The position numbers and the translations under genes were made by a program. From assembly GCA_965218435.1 (NCBI GenBank), contig CBDCKW010000009.1, positions 2,592,001 to 2,656,000 of the forward strand: a DNA stretch of 64,000 nt. The letters are read 5' to 3'. Shown piece by piece: positions 1-11,339 of the stretch. Below the pieces are notes generated by a model that was not told the DNA's origin, searched no databases, and was given only the letters and a program-made list of their open reading frames with translations. The DNA comes from Truepera sp. GTDB lineage: Bacteria; Deinococcota; Deinococci; Deinococcales; Trueperaceae. The stretch's first letter is position 1. Every line of letters begins with the position of its first letter.

Positions 1-1293
1 ACCGGGCGCTGCGACGCTCAGTAGGGCCATAAGTGCGAGGCCGAGCGTTGCCAGCGTATGACCCGCCAAGTTGGGGTCACCAAAGATGATGGTCTGCCGG
101 GTGCTCGAGACCGCTTCGGGCAGCCTCTTACCGGTTGCGTCCGTCAGGGTGACGTTACGCGTTGCCAGCACAAGTCCACTAGCACTCGAGAGGTGCGCCG
201 TCACGGTATTATTCGCAGTGTTATTCATGGTGTTATTCACAGCGTCCCCGGCCTGCCGCCGGACCTTGACCTCGAGCTGTTGCCACTTAGGGGTCGGGAT
301 AAACGACTGACCCGACTGCGCCTCCGGGCGCTCCCCCCAGGTGAGGTTCAGTGCGCCGCCCTGCGGCAAAAGTGGCTTTAGCTCCCTTTTAAGCGTAAAC
401 AGCCTGACCCGCCTGACGTCATAGTTACCGGTCAGACCGCTGAGCAAAACCCGGACGACCGACGCGTCAACGGCTTCCGGGACATGCCACGACAAGCTGT
501 AGCGCGTCCAGCTAGCGGTCAAAGTCAGGGGCAAACAGCGCCCACCCCCGCGGTACGCCCACGCTTGCAGCAAGAGACCACTGCACTGACGGCCGCCAAT
601 CGGCGCACCTCGTACGATGCTCGTGTCCGCTTGGCCGTCAGTGGATGAAGTATCGGACGTTTCCAGATCAGACACTTTTGTAACATAAGCTGCCGCGTTA
701 CCCTCGGCCCGCCTAAGGTCTACAAGAACCCGAAAAATGGTCCCTCCGAGCGGTTTTCGGAAGTCAAAGGTCCGCATTAGATAAGGGGGGCCTTTGGCGT
801 CTTGCGCCGCCGGAACCTCTACGTGGGTATACGGATAATCCTTGCCGGTTTGGGGCGTAAGGACAAACTCGGCGTCCGAGCGAAACCAGTCCCAGGTGGG
901 TTGTCCGGAAACGAGCCGAACCTCCGCACTGAGCTTGACCGGCCCGGTCGCGCCCACAGCGTTCCAACTGCGGTAGCCGTAACCCGAAACCTCAGCTTTG
1001 CGCCCTAACGCGCTCCACAGTCCCGCTTTATCCGAGACCTGCCAGTCATATTTGGACAGGTCACGCTCTAAAACGCCGCCCGCCAGTAAGAGCACCAACC
1101 CGCCCCCGAAAAACCAGCGCAGCGCCTGCGGCTTAACCGGTAAGAGCGCGACGAGGCACGCTAAGAACAGTTCTCCGACTAACCCGAGAAGAGCCGACAC
1201 CGAGCTTTGAAACACGGCGGCGTACAGGAGGAGCGGCGCAGATACGGCCAACCAGAGCAGACCGAGCGGCGCGGCGCGGCGCAAAGGGGGCAA
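1..1293 (-). CDS. O-antigen ligase-like membrane protein with large extracytoplasmic domain (partial, runs off window start)
   Basis: Hand-translated open frame from TTG at 1293 (LPPLRRAAPLGLLWLAVS...) to the window edge. It has N-terminal TM helices, a soluble domain, then FGDPNLAGHTLATLGLALMALL, resembling Wzy_C/ligase NPN-G motifs. Lies in the polysaccharide cluster. Confidence 0.6.
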   Translation of the reverse strand, partial: MPPLRRAAPLGLLWLAVSAPLLLYAAVFQSSVSALLGLVGELFLACLVALLPVKPQALRWFFGGGLVLLLAGGVLERDLSKYDWQVSDKAGLWSALGRKAEVSGYGYRSWNAVGATGPVKLSAEVRLVSGQPTWDWFRSDAEFVLTPQTGKDYPYTHVEVPAAQDAKGPPYLMRTFDFRKPLGGTIFRVLVDLRRAEGNAAAYVTKVSDLETSDTSSTDGQADTSIVRGAPIGGRQCSGLLLQAWAYRGGGRCLPLTLTASWTRYSLSWHVPEAVDASVVRVLLSGLTGNYDVRRVRLFTLKRELKPLLPQGGALNLTWGERPEAQSGQSFIPTPKWQQLEVKVRRQAGDAVNNTMNNTANNTVTAHLSSASGLVLATRNVTLTDATGKRLPEAVSSTRQTIIFGDPNLAGHTLATLGLALMALLSVAAPG

Positions 1294-1300
1294 AGAGCGT

Positions 1301-2518
1301 TTAATTAGGGGCGCTCCCCCGTAAAGAATCAGTGAATGCTCGGTAGCGTTCATCCATAAAGCGGCCGAACTCGGCCCTAAAACGCGGGATTGAAAAGGTT
1401 TCGGCGTGAGCACGGATAAGGGCCGGATCAAACGTCAGCGTTTCAAACTGCTGTACAGCTTCTTTAAGGCTGGCGACAGTCTGGGCGTCAAAAAAAACGC
1501 CGGTCGGGTCAGGCCGGTACCCGACGCCGCGAACGGTCTCGAGGCTCCCCCCTTTACCGAACGCAACAACCGGCGTACCGCACGCCTGCGCTTCTAACGG
1601 CACAATTCCGAAATCTTCTTCAGCAGCAAACACAAACGCCCTCGCACGCTGCATATGGTCTTTAAGGACTGAAAACGGTTGATAGCCCAGCAGCGTCACG
1701 TTCGGCCCCGCTTTAGCTTTAACCTTATCAAAGTCGGGGCCGGTATTAATGATGACGAGCTTTTTGTCGGGCATGTCAGAAAACGCTTGGGCGATCAGGT
1801 CCATTTTTTTATACGGCACCATCCGCGAAGCGGTGAGGTAAAAGTCTTCTTTGTCACAGTGCAACTCGAACCCCGCAGTATCTACCGGTGGATAGATGAT
1901 CGTTGAGGGACGGCGGTAGACCTTGTAGATACGCCGCGCGATAAACTCCGAGTTGGCGACAAACTCGTCTACGCCGTTGGGCGTACGAGAATCCCACAAA
2001 CGGATACGGTGCAGCAGATAGCGTGCCAGGGCGCTTTTGACCCCGCGCTCGAGGCCCGACTCTTTCAGATACTGAGCCTGCAAATCCCAAGCGTAGCGGA
2101 TCGGTGAGTGGCAGTAGCTGAGGTGCAACTGATCAGGGCCGGTTAAGACACCCTTAGCTACCGCGTGCGAACTCGAGATCACCAGGTCATAACTCGACAA
2201 GTCGAACTGCTCAATGGCCAGGGGCATCAGCGGCAAATATTGCCGGTACTTCGTTTTGGCGAACGGCAGGCGCTGAATAAAGGTGGTCGTCACCGGCTTG
2301 TGCTGGATGAAATCGCGCTGGTCTGAGGGAAGAAAGTCAACGACGCTAAAAAGGTCGGCTTGCGGCAATAAATTAAGTAGCTCTTCTAAAACCTTTTCGG
2401 CTCCGGCGTAAACGGTCAACCAGTCGTGAACGATGGCGACTCGAGCGTCTTTATACGAAGGTTCTTTATACAAAGGTTCTTTGGACAAGGGTTCGGTTGT
2501 GCCAGCTGGGTTGGTCAT
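1301..2518 (-). CDS. Glycosyltransferase family 4 (WbaZ-like)
   Basis: HDWL...GAEKV N-terminus; EDFGIVPLEAQACG GT-B motif. Confidence 0.9.
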   Translation of the reverse strand: MTNPAGTTEPLSKEPLYKEPSYKDARVAIVHDWLTVYAGAEKVLEELLNLLPQADLFSVVDFLPSDQRDFIQHKPVTTTFIQRLPFAKTKYRQYLPLMPLAIEQFDLSSYDLVISSSHAVAKGVLTGPDQLHLSYCHSPIRYAWDLQAQYLKESGLERGVKSALARYLLHRIRLWDSRTPNGVDEFVANSEFIARRIYKVYRRPSTIIYPPVDTAGFELHCDKEDFYLTASRMVPYKKMDLIAQAFSDMPDKKLVIINTGPDFDKVKAKAGPNVTLLGYQPFSVLKDHMQRARAFVFAAEEDFGIVPLEAQACGTPVVAFGKGGSLETVRGVGYRPDPTGVFFDAQTVASLKEAVQQFETLTFDPALIRAHAETFSIPRFRAEFGRFMDERYRAFTDSLRGSAPN

Positions 2519-2563
2519 CGGCTCATTTCCGCTAATCGTAGGGTCTGCTCGGCGCTACTCGTT

Positions 2564-3502
2564 TCAAGCATACTTGGCCCGTTCAAACGCCAGCATTTCG
2601 TCTAACGTCGCTTCCAGTAAAATCGTAGGACGCCAGCCGACCGCGGCGCGCGCTTTGTCAGCGTTTCCGACAAGTTCGGGAATATCCGTTTGACGAGTGC
2701 GCGCCGGTTCGCTTATCAGCTCGACCTCACGCTGCGCCCGTGCTAGCACCAACTCGACGAGTTCTTTGACACTGACACCGCGTCCCGACGCCAAATTGTA
2801 CACCTCACCGTTTTCTCCTTCACGTAAAAGTTTAGGATACGCCCGCACCACGTCGCGGACATCGGTAAAGTCGCGCACCGAGCTCAGGTTGCCGAGTTCG
2901 AGGGTAGGCCCGAGCTGTCCCGCTTCGATCCGCGCAAGCTGCTGCACCAAGGTCGGCAGTAGAAAGTCGGGCGACTGCCCCGGCCCCACATGATTAAACG
3001 GGCGGACGCGGACAACGCGCCTCCCGGAAAGCGCGTACGGAAAAGAGGCGAACTCGGCGGCAAGCTTTGAAGCGCCGTAATGGTTGACGGGGTTGAGCGG
3101 TGCCGTTTCCGCTAGTGCGCCGGTCTGTGCGCCGTAGACGTAGGCGCTGCTGACCACAAGCACTGCCGCGCCCACCTCCGCCGCAGCTTCTAACACGTTG
3201 AGCGTACCTTGCAAATTGACATTGTAGAAGTCGGCGAGTTGACCCAGCGCAGGACGCGTAACCCCGGCTAGATGGTAGACCTCACGGGGCTGAAGCTCTC
3301 TAAAGACAGCACGCACCGCCGCGCCGTCACGCACGTCGAGCTTGACACGCTGGTCGCCCGGTGGATCGTCACGAAAGACTCCGGTCCAAACGCCCTCACC
3401 GAGCGCCTCGAGGTGCGCTTTCAAGTAGCCCCCAACAAAGCCGCCTCCCCCGGTAATCAGCGCCCCCCCCGGTACGCCTCTGCTTTTTTCAGCGTTTGTC
3501 AT
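2564..3502 (-). CDS. GDP-4-keto-6-deoxy-D-mannose reductase-like SDR (Rmd-like)
   Basis: GGGGFVG NAD(P) motif, YGASK catalytic motif, RPFNHVGPGQ; adjacent to gmd; ATG 3502 preceded by TAAGGA. Confidence 0.75.
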   Translation of the reverse strand: MTNAEKSRGVPGGALITGGGGFVGGYLKAHLEALGEGVWTGVFRDDPPGDQRVKLDVRDGAAVRAVFRELQPREVYHLAGVTRPALGQLADFYNVNLQGTLNVLEAAAEVGAAVLVVSSAYVYGAQTGALAETAPLNPVNHYGASKLAAEFASFPYALSGRRVVRVRPFNHVGPGQSPDFLLPTLVQQLARIEAGQLGPTLELGNLSSVRDFTDVRDVVRAYPKLLREGENGEVYNLASGRGVSVKELVELVLARAQREVELISEPARTRQTDIPELVGNADKARAAVGWRPTILLEATLDEMLAFERAKYA

Positions 3503-3567
3503 CGTCCTTACCCCGGTATTCACTACGCGATTTTACGAACGTACCTGTGTGGACCTGAGCAGCGCGG

Positions 3568-4593
<1,026 letters not shown>

Positions 4594-4630
4594 TCAACCG
4601 CGTCGAGTAAAACTTCGAGTAAAACCCCGC

Positions 4631-5689
4631 TTAAAGCCCCAGCGCGTGCTCGGCAAAGTTCAGGACCTCACGGGTGGTACGGTCCCAACTAAAGCGTTGA
4701 GCTTGTGCGCTGCCCAGGGTACACAAGCGGGTTTGCAGGGCTTTGTCCTGCATGAACGTCTGAATTTTAGCAGAGATGTCGTCTTCGTCAAAAGGGTCGA
4801 AGTAGAGCGCCGCGTCGCCGCAGACTTCCGGCAAGGACGCGGCATGTGAACAGAGCACCGGGCATCCGAGCGTCATGGCCTCGAGGGGAGGAATCCCAAA
4901 CCCTTCGTAATAGGCCGGGTGAACGAAACCGGTGGCGTGTTCATAAAGCGCGCGCAGCTCACCGTCCGAGACGTAGCCGACGTGGAGGACGCTCGCCGGT
5001 AAAGCGCCGGTCGCAGCGTGAACCTTGGGGTTGCTACCGCCTGCAATCACAACCCGGAACGGGGTTTCGCCGAGCGTCTCGAGCGCGTGAACGAGCCGAC
5101 CGAAGTTCTTGTGCGGGCTGCTGCTGCCGACCGCGAGCAGATAGGGGCGGTCTTGCAGGTTGTGCTGAGCCAAAATACCGGGGTCGCTGGGGCTTTCTAA
5201 GACGTGCTCGCGGCCCAGATAAACAACCTTGAGTTTACGTTCAGGAATCCCGGCGCGGCGGACTAAATCTTGACGCGAAAACTCCGAATCCGTCAAGATA
5301 CCCCTGGCGTTTTCTCCGAGCCCCCGAAAGAGCACGTTGTACCAACTCCGAAACGCCCTCGAGTACGCCTCGGGTACCGCCATCGGCGCGGCGTCGTGGA
5401 GCGTCACCACCTGCCGTGAGTGAAAGATCGGCCCGGTATTGCAGAGGCTTAGGAGCGGCGCACCGTAAGCCAGACGTGCGAGCTCGAGCTGTTCCCACGC
5501 GTGCCCGGTCAGCCGCCCGGTGACTTCGGCCCCTAGCTGCTCGGCGAGCGCCTCGTGAACGACGCCTTTAGGCGTTAAAAAGCGAGTATCGGGGCGGAGC
5601 ACCTTGAGGCGTTTGGCAATCTCGACGGCGTAACGCTGCACCCCGACGATGGATTGCGTTAAAAACCGGGCGTTGACAACGAGCGTCAC
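4631..5689 (-). CDS. Glycosyltransferase family 4
   Basis: EGFGIPPLEAM motif; likely GTG start at 5689 overlapping the upstream stop. Confidence 0.88.
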   Translation of the reverse strand: MTLVVNARFLTQSIVGVQRYAVEIAKRLKVLRPDTRFLTPKGVVHEALAEQLGAEVTGRLTGHAWEQLELARLAYGAPLLSLCNTGPIFHSRQVVTLHDAAPMAVPEAYSRAFRSWYNVLFRGLGENARGILTDSEFSRQDLVRRAGIPERKLKVVYLGREHVLESPSDPGILAQHNLQDRPYLLAVGSSSPHKNFGRLVHALETLGETPFRVVIAGGSNPKVHAATGALPASVLHVGYVSDGELRALYEHATGFVHPAYYEGFGIPPLEAMTLGCPVLCSHAASLPEVCGDAALYFDPFDEDDISAKIQTFMQDKALQTRLCTLGSAQAQRFSWDRTTREVLNFAEHALGL

Positions 5690-7047
5690 GGCTTTGCGGG
5701 CGGGCGCAGCCCGGTGTGACGTCCGGCGTGGCCCCAGGCGCGGTAAAGGTAGAGCAACACGCCCAGATTGACCCAAAAAAACGCGTGCAAAAACTCGTAA
5801 CCGATACACATATTGAGAAAAATAGTCAGGGCTCCGATCAAAAAAGGTAGATAGTGTTCACGTTCAGGTTTGCTCAGGCGCGGCAGCACCCGGGTAAACT
5901 TACTAAATAGTACGATGAATAACAGCGCGACGAGTAAAAAGCCAAAGACCCCTGTTTCTGCGAAGATCGAAACAATATCGTTACCCGCCGTGTAGTTAGG
6001 ATTGTCGTAAGGGTTGTTAAAGAGCAGCGCCCCCCGGTAAGTGCCGTACTGACCGACGCCGATCCCGTCGAACGGTTCTTTTTCGATGATGGTGAGCATG
6101 ATACCCAGGTTGTCCAAACGGTCGGTAAAGGCTTGAGCCTCGAGCCCCTGCCTCAAGGTGTTGCGAAAAACCGGCAGCGTACTTACCAGGGCCGCACCGG
6201 GAGGGATCAAGAGCACCAGCAGCGCACCGAAAATGAGCCGGTGCTGCTTATAGATCGTGTCCACATAGAAGCCCACCGCAACGAGTGAGATCAGCGCAAA
6301 CTTCGACTGGGACAAGACGAGGGCCAGGAGACCCAGGAGCGCCAGCGGCCAGCAAAAGCGCACGTAGCGGCGGCTCACCATCAGCATCAAACCGGTTAAA
6401 AAAGCGACCGAGAACTGCTGCGGTTCAGCGGTCGTCCCGGCTAACCGAGGCAAAAACGAACCCGTCGGCCAGACCCCTAAAGAGCCGCCGAACGAGTGAG
6501 CCAAGACCTCGTTGGTACTGTGAAAGCCGGTCCAGTAAAGACCCAGCAGCACATAGGCAATGAGGATAGAAACGGCGGCGCTGACGATCAGGAGCAGCTC
6601 GAGCCACCTGAGCCGGACCAAACCCTCGGCGAGCGCGTAATAGACCAAAAACGCCACCGCGAACACCGCGACGTATTTGGACAACTCACTGACGTAGCGG
6701 AGCCAAGCAAAAATCTCGGTATTGGCCACGTTGGTGACGGTCGTCACCCCTAAAACGGCAAAAAACAGCAGCACGACCGCGAGGTAAAACCGCACCGCCG
6801 CGTTCGCCCGAAAACGCCCCCGCAGACAGATCGCCAGCGCGACCAGCGCCAAACCGACCCAGCCTAAGACGCGCTGAAACGGCAGCGCAACCCCGGCCAC
6901 GTCAGGGATACGGAGCCACGGAAACGAGTAGAGGAGCGCCGTCGCGTAGACGGTCGCGGCGATCAGCGGCGGCGTCCGCAGCAAACTTAAAAACCGTCCG
7001 GCCAGCCAATCCAAGTTGCTTTTTCTAAACGGGTAAACCTTCGCCAC
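5686..7047 (-). CDS. Wzy-like polysaccharide polymerase / O-antigen ligase family membrane protein
   Basis: About 11-12 hydrophobic helices, RLAGTTAEP and PFDGIGVGQY...AETGVFG Wzy_C-like motifs. Confidence 0.7.
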   Translation of the reverse strand: MAKVYPFRKSNLDWLAGRFLSLLRTPPLIAATVYATALLYSFPWLRIPDVAGVALPFQRVLGWVGLALVALAICLRGRFRANAAVRFYLAVVLLFFAVLGVTTVTNVANTEIFAWLRYVSELSKYVAVFAVAFLVYYALAEGLVRLRWLELLLIVSAAVSILIAYVLLGLYWTGFHSTNEVLAHSFGGSLGVWPTGSFLPRLAGTTAEPQQFSVAFLTGLMLMVSRRYVRFCWPLALLGLLALVLSQSKFALISLVAVGFYVDTIYKQHRLIFGALLVLLIPPGAALVSTLPVFRNTLRQGLEAQAFTDRLDNLGIMLTIIEKEPFDGIGVGQYGTYRGALLFNNPYDNPNYTAGNDIVSIFAETGVFGFLLVALLFIVLFSKFTRVLPRLSKPEREHYLPFLIGALTIFLNMCIGYEFLHAFFWVNLGVLLYLYRAWGHAGRHTGLRPPAKP

Positions 7048-7257
7048 CCTACGCTCCTCATATGTTCAGCAGATATACTACGGCTCTATGTAGCCACTCA
7101 GCACCTATAGTTTAAGCTGCTACGGGTACCGCCTATACCTCTGCCAGTTTAACCAAAATTCGCTTTTTACGGGATACTCACAGATTAGGAAATTGTCGCA
7201 GCAGCCTAAGAAGTACGTGCTGGACGAATTATTTTAGTGAAGCTTAAGTTACCGAAA

Positions 7258-8172
7258 CTAGGCACTGACATTACCGCCGCGCAACATCACCCGGACGACG
7301 AGTTGGACGCGCCGCCACTGCTGCCGCCTTACCCGGTTGGCAAGGGCGACGAGGAGCCCCAGGTACACCGTAGGGAGCGCGTAGGGGTAAAAGCGGCGGG
7401 TAAAACGCACCCGGTTCTTAAGCGCGTAGAGGTCGGCGGTGTAGCTTTTAGCTGCTTTGGCGCGGTCGGTACCGCCGATACTCGAGCCCTCCTTGTGGTA
7501 GACGATACTTTTAGCCGCGTATCCGAGCCGAAATTGGCCCCGTGCCCGCGCCGCCCAATCGAGTTCTTCAAAGTATAAAAAGTAATCATCTTGCAGCAAC
7601 CCGACCGTTTCTAAAAAACGCCTCGAGGCGAGCGTAGACGCGCCGATGAGGTAGCTCAGTTTTTCTTCAACTTGACGTTCTAACGCCTCGGCGTTAAGGT
7701 CTTGCGGCCAAGTCTCATGTTGCCCGATATGCGCGACCGTCCCGAGCCAGCGGTTATAGCATGCGCCGCCGAGCGCCTGCACGGTGTCTCTTTGCTCTTC
7801 GTAAAGGAGCGTTGACCCGCATAAACCCAGGTCGGGCTCACGCTGCATCTTCTCGACGAGCTGCGTGAGGGCATCCGGTTCGACCACCGTATCGTTGTTA
7901 AGGAGCCAGACGTACTCGGCCCCATTGTCCAGCGCGTAACGGAGCCCGACGTTGTTACCTCCGGCGAAGCCCAGATTTGCGCCGCTCTGCAAGAGCGTCA
8001 GACCGGGGTGACGCCGCCGCAGTTCCGCTTCAGACCCGTCGCTCGAGGCGTTATCTACGACCACGACCCGGTAGTTGGGATAGTCAAGCCCGGCAAGTGA
8101 CCCTAGACAGGCGTCGGTGTCGCTTAAGCCGTTCCAGTTTAAGAGGACGATAAAGACAACCGGCGCGTTCAC
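7258..8172 (-). CDS. Glycosyltransferase family 2
   Basis: VVVDNASSDGS, NLGFAGGNN, LLNND, FLYFEELDW. Confidence 0.9.
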   Translation of the reverse strand: MNAPVVFIVLLNWNGLSDTDACLGSLAGLDYPNYRVVVVDNASSDGSEAELRRRHPGLTLLQSGANLGFAGGNNVGLRYALDNGAEYVWLLNNDTVVEPDALTQLVEKMQREPDLGLCGSTLLYEEQRDTVQALGGACYNRWLGTVAHIGQHETWPQDLNAEALERQVEEKLSYLIGASTLASRRFLETVGLLQDDYFLYFEELDWAARARGQFRLGYAAKSIVYHKEGSSIGGTDRAKAAKSYTADLYALKNRVRFTRRFYPYALPTVYLGLLVALANRVRRQQWRRVQLVVRVMLRGGNVSA

Positions 8173-8192
8173 CTGATGTGGCGACCTCTGGG

Positions 8193-9548
8193 TCAGCGGC
8201 CTACCCCAACGTAGGTCAGCCCGGCTTCGCTGACCGTGGTCGGCTCGAGCATATTGCGTGCGTCTAAGATCAGATTGCCGCGCATCGCCGCTTTAATGTC
8301 CCCCAAGGGCAAACGGGTGTACTCGGACCAGTCGGTAGCAACGACGATAGCGTCACAACCTGCTGCAAGCTCGACCACCTTGTCGCAGTATTCAACCGGC
8401 AACTCTGGATAGAGGCGTTTCGTGTTCGGAACAGAAATCGGATCATGAACTTTGATCACTGCCCCACGTTCGTGAAGGTGCTCGATCAGCGTCAGGGCGG
8501 GCGAGTCCCGTAAATCGTCGGTATTGCCTTTGAAAGCAAGACCCAAAATTCCAATCGTGGTACCGCGCAAGACTTTGAGGTGTTTTTGCAACTTGTCAAT
8601 AACGTGGAGTCGCTGCCGCTGATTGACGCTGATCGCCGACTCGACAATCGGCATCTGATAGTCGTACCCCTTAGCCATTGACAAGATCGCACGAGTATCT
8701 TTGCCAAAACAGCTGCCGCCCCAGCCGATACCGGCTTGTAAATGCTTCGACCCAATCCGCGTATCTAAACCAATCGCCCGTGATACTTCGGTGATGTCTG
8801 CGCCGACGTGCTCGGCCAGGCGTGAAAACTCGTTGATAAAGCTGATTTTGGTCGCTAAAAACGAGTTGGCGGCGTATTTGGTCAGCTCGGCGCTCGTCGG
8901 GGTAGTGGTGATCAGGGCGGGCAGCGTGTAACGCTCCGGGCGCGGCGTTTCGGCCGGGTCGGGAAATGTTTGCTCTAAAAAGGGCGCGTAGAGGTTACGC
9001 AAAAGTCCGACCGCGGTCGGGTCGTCTGCGCCGATGACCACGCGGTCGGGGTAGAGCGTGTCGTGGACCGCTTTACCCTCGGCCAAAAATTCGGGGTTCG
9101 AGGCGACCCACACGTCCGCGTCAATCTCCCTGGCCGCGAGCGCCCGGTGGACGATTCCCTCGACGTGTTTGGCGCTGCCGATAGGGACGGTTGACTTATT
9201 GACCAAAACGAGTTTCGCACCTGTTTGAATCTGCTCGGCGACCTCTTTGGCGGCGGCGTCTACATATTGCAAATCGGCGTCACCGTTAGCTTTGGTCGGG
9301 GTCCCGACGGCAATAAACACGACACCGTTACCCGCGAGTTTGGGAATGTCGGTCTGAAACTTTAGATGGCCTTTGGCGCGGCTTAACAGCTCTTCTAAAC
9401 CGGGTTCGTGAATCGTCGCGTGACCTTTAGCCAAGGTTTCGACGATGCGTGGGTTTTTATCAACGCAGGTAACTTGGTGACCGACGTAAGCGAGAGCGAC
9501 GCCGGTTGTCAAACCAACGTACCCGGTTCCAATAATCGTAACGTTCAT
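8193..9548 (-). CDS. ugd: UDP-glucose/GDP-mannose dehydrogenase
   Basis: GTGYVG, NPEFLAEG, GWGGSCFGKD, GLAFKGNTDDLRDSP. Confidence 0.9.
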   Translation of the reverse strand: MNVTIIGTGYVGLTTGVALAYVGHQVTCVDKNPRIVETLAKGHATIHEPGLEELLSRAKGHLKFQTDIPKLAGNGVVFIAVGTPTKANGDADLQYVDAAAKEVAEQIQTGAKLVLVNKSTVPIGSAKHVEGIVHRALAAREIDADVWVASNPEFLAEGKAVHDTLYPDRVVIGADDPTAVGLLRNLYAPFLEQTFPDPAETPRPERYTLPALITTTPTSAELTKYAANSFLATKISFINEFSRLAEHVGADITEVSRAIGLDTRIGSKHLQAGIGWGGSCFGKDTRAILSMAKGYDYQMPIVESAISVNQRQRLHVIDKLQKHLKVLRGTTIGILGLAFKGNTDDLRDSPALTLIEHLHERGAVIKVHDPISVPNTKRLYPELPVEYCDKVVELAAGCDAIVVATDWSEYTRLPLGDIKAAMRGNLILDARNMLEPTTVSEAGLTYVGVGR

Positions 9549-11251
9549 GCGTGTACCTTTCGGGTGGGACGATCAGGGCGGCGAATCGCGGCCCGCAAAA
9601 AGACGAGGACGAGTCCGATAAGTGCGCCGGTCACAGCGACCAAACCGGTGTTAAACGCGCGGCGCGGGCCGACGGGACTGGTGGGGACGGACGCTTGGCT
9701 TAAAATTCGCGCGTTGGTCGGCGCAAGTTCGGTCAGGTACGAGATGCTCGACTGCAGTCCGGCAACCGTGTTATACGACGCGAGCACGTTCTCGAGCTCC
9801 CTATCCAACCGGTCACGGCGTTGGTCTAAAGTGGCGAGCTGTTGTTGAATCGCTGCGGCACTTTTGGTGTAGCCACCGAGTTCACCCTCTAGGTCGGCGC
9901 GTTCGGCGCGCATCCCGGCGAGAGCAGTCTGCTCCTGCTGGAGTTCAGCTGCGTTCAGGAGCGAAAGGGCCGCTTCGTTCCCGGATTGTATAGGTGCCGG
10001 GGCAGCTTGGGGTTGGTTAGTTTGGGGCTGAGTTTGGGCGCTCGCATACCCTAAAAGCGCCAGCTCGAGTGCCCCTTGCGCCTGCGCTTTAGCAGCCTGC
10101 TGCGCCACCCGCTGCTCGGCGGCGAGGCCGTCCTCGAGCGCCCCCACCGACGCGGTGTAGAGCGTTTGCACGAGGCTGACAAACTCCTCTTCATTGCCTT
10201 GGAGGAGCTTTGAGAGCGTCTTAGATTCGGCGAGCGCCGCCGTAAACGTGCGGCTGAGCTGCGCACTTGAAACAAATTGAGGCCGTGCGCGCATCCCGTT
10301 TTCTGCGCCCGCGAGTGCCTGCTGCGCCTCTAGCACACCCAAGAAGGCCGGACTCAGCGCCGCACCTTGAGCTTGGCGCTGATTTGCAGGTCCTTGTGCG
10401 CCGGACTGACCTAAATGTCCAGAAGTTTGACCAGAACCTGCTGAACCAGCCCCTAGCTGCTCGAGTACCCGAATGCGGGCTTCAGCGGCAGCGATGTCGC
10501 GCGTCAATTCTCCTTGACGCTCGCGCCCGTCGGTAATCTGACGGGTGACACCCTCGAGTTCGGCCTCTAACAGGGGACCGTTGTCTTGCGCCGCAAACGC
10601 CTGCACCTGCGCCTCGACCTCTTCGACATTTTTTTGCAGCCGCGACGCCTCGCGTGTGGTCGTCTCGTCTACCGGGCGGAGGCTTGAAAAGAGCGACTCG
10701 CGCACTGCTTTTAGGGTGCTCTGCGCCCAGGCGTCGGCGAGGAGCGCCGCCCGTTCGGGGTCGCCGTTACGGACGCGGTGAATAACCGACAAGGGCGCAA
10801 CGTCGCCGATCCGTTGCGGGCCGAAAAGTTGCCGGAGCGTTCCTAGAGCCAAAAGCTGATTGGGCGCAATCTTCACGTCCTTGACCCGCGAGACCGCGTC
10901 ACGCAGCACCGTTTGGCTCCGCGCTAAGGTGTCGTAAGTTTGAAACGACACCTCGTTGATCGGGCTGAACGAGATGTTTTCGTCACCTTGAATCTGAATC
11001 GGCGGCGGCGTCACGAGCACCGTACTTTCGGCGGCGTAAACGGGTTTACGCTGCGCGTTGAGAAAGTAGGCGACGCCGCCGCCAAGGAGGGCTAACAGCA
11101 AGATAAAAGGGAGACCCCGGAGCAAGACGAGGTAGAGGTCGCGGAGTGAGACCTCAGCGCCGGGATCACGGGCTGAGTCATAAGCCGAGTCACGAACCGG
11201 CTCACGGGTTACGGGTTGCCGGGGGTCACGCGGTGTAGGTGTATCGGTCAC
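9545..11251 (-). CDS. Polysaccharide co-polymerase (Wzz/GumC-like chain-length determinant)
   Basis: EVSLRDLY N-terminus, TM helices near both ends, long coiled coil, PTSPVGPRR before the C-terminal TM; no kinase domain. Confidence 0.75.
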   Translation of the reverse strand: MTDTPTPRDPRQPVTREPVRDSAYDSARDPGAEVSLRDLYLVLLRGLPFILLLALLGGGVAYFLNAQRKPVYAAESTVLVTPPPIQIQGDENISFSPINEVSFQTYDTLARSQTVLRDAVSRVKDVKIAPNQLLALGTLRQLFGPQRIGDVAPLSVIHRVRNGDPERAALLADAWAQSTLKAVRESLFSSLRPVDETTTREASRLQKNVEEVEAQVQAFAAQDNGPLLEAELEGVTRQITDGRERQGELTRDIAAAEARIRVLEQLGAGSAGSGQTSGHLGQSGAQGPANQRQAQGAALSPAFLGVLEAQQALAGAENGMRARPQFVSSAQLSRTFTAALAESKTLSKLLQGNEEEFVSLVQTLYTASVGALEDGLAAEQRVAQQAAKAQAQGALELALLGYASAQTQPQTNQPQAAPAPIQSGNEAALSLLNAAELQQEQTALAGMRAERADLEGELGGYTKSAAAIQQQLATLDQRRDRLDRELENVLASYNTVAGLQSSISYLTELAPTNARILSQASVPTSPVGPRRAFNTGLVAVTGALIGLVLVFLRAAIRRPDRPTRKVHA

Positions 11252-11339
11252 ATAAAACCTCTGCTAAACATACCGTTAAGGTGGTTCGTCTCGATATGGT
11301 TCATCTCATCTAAACGTCTGCTAAGCATACCTCGGTAGC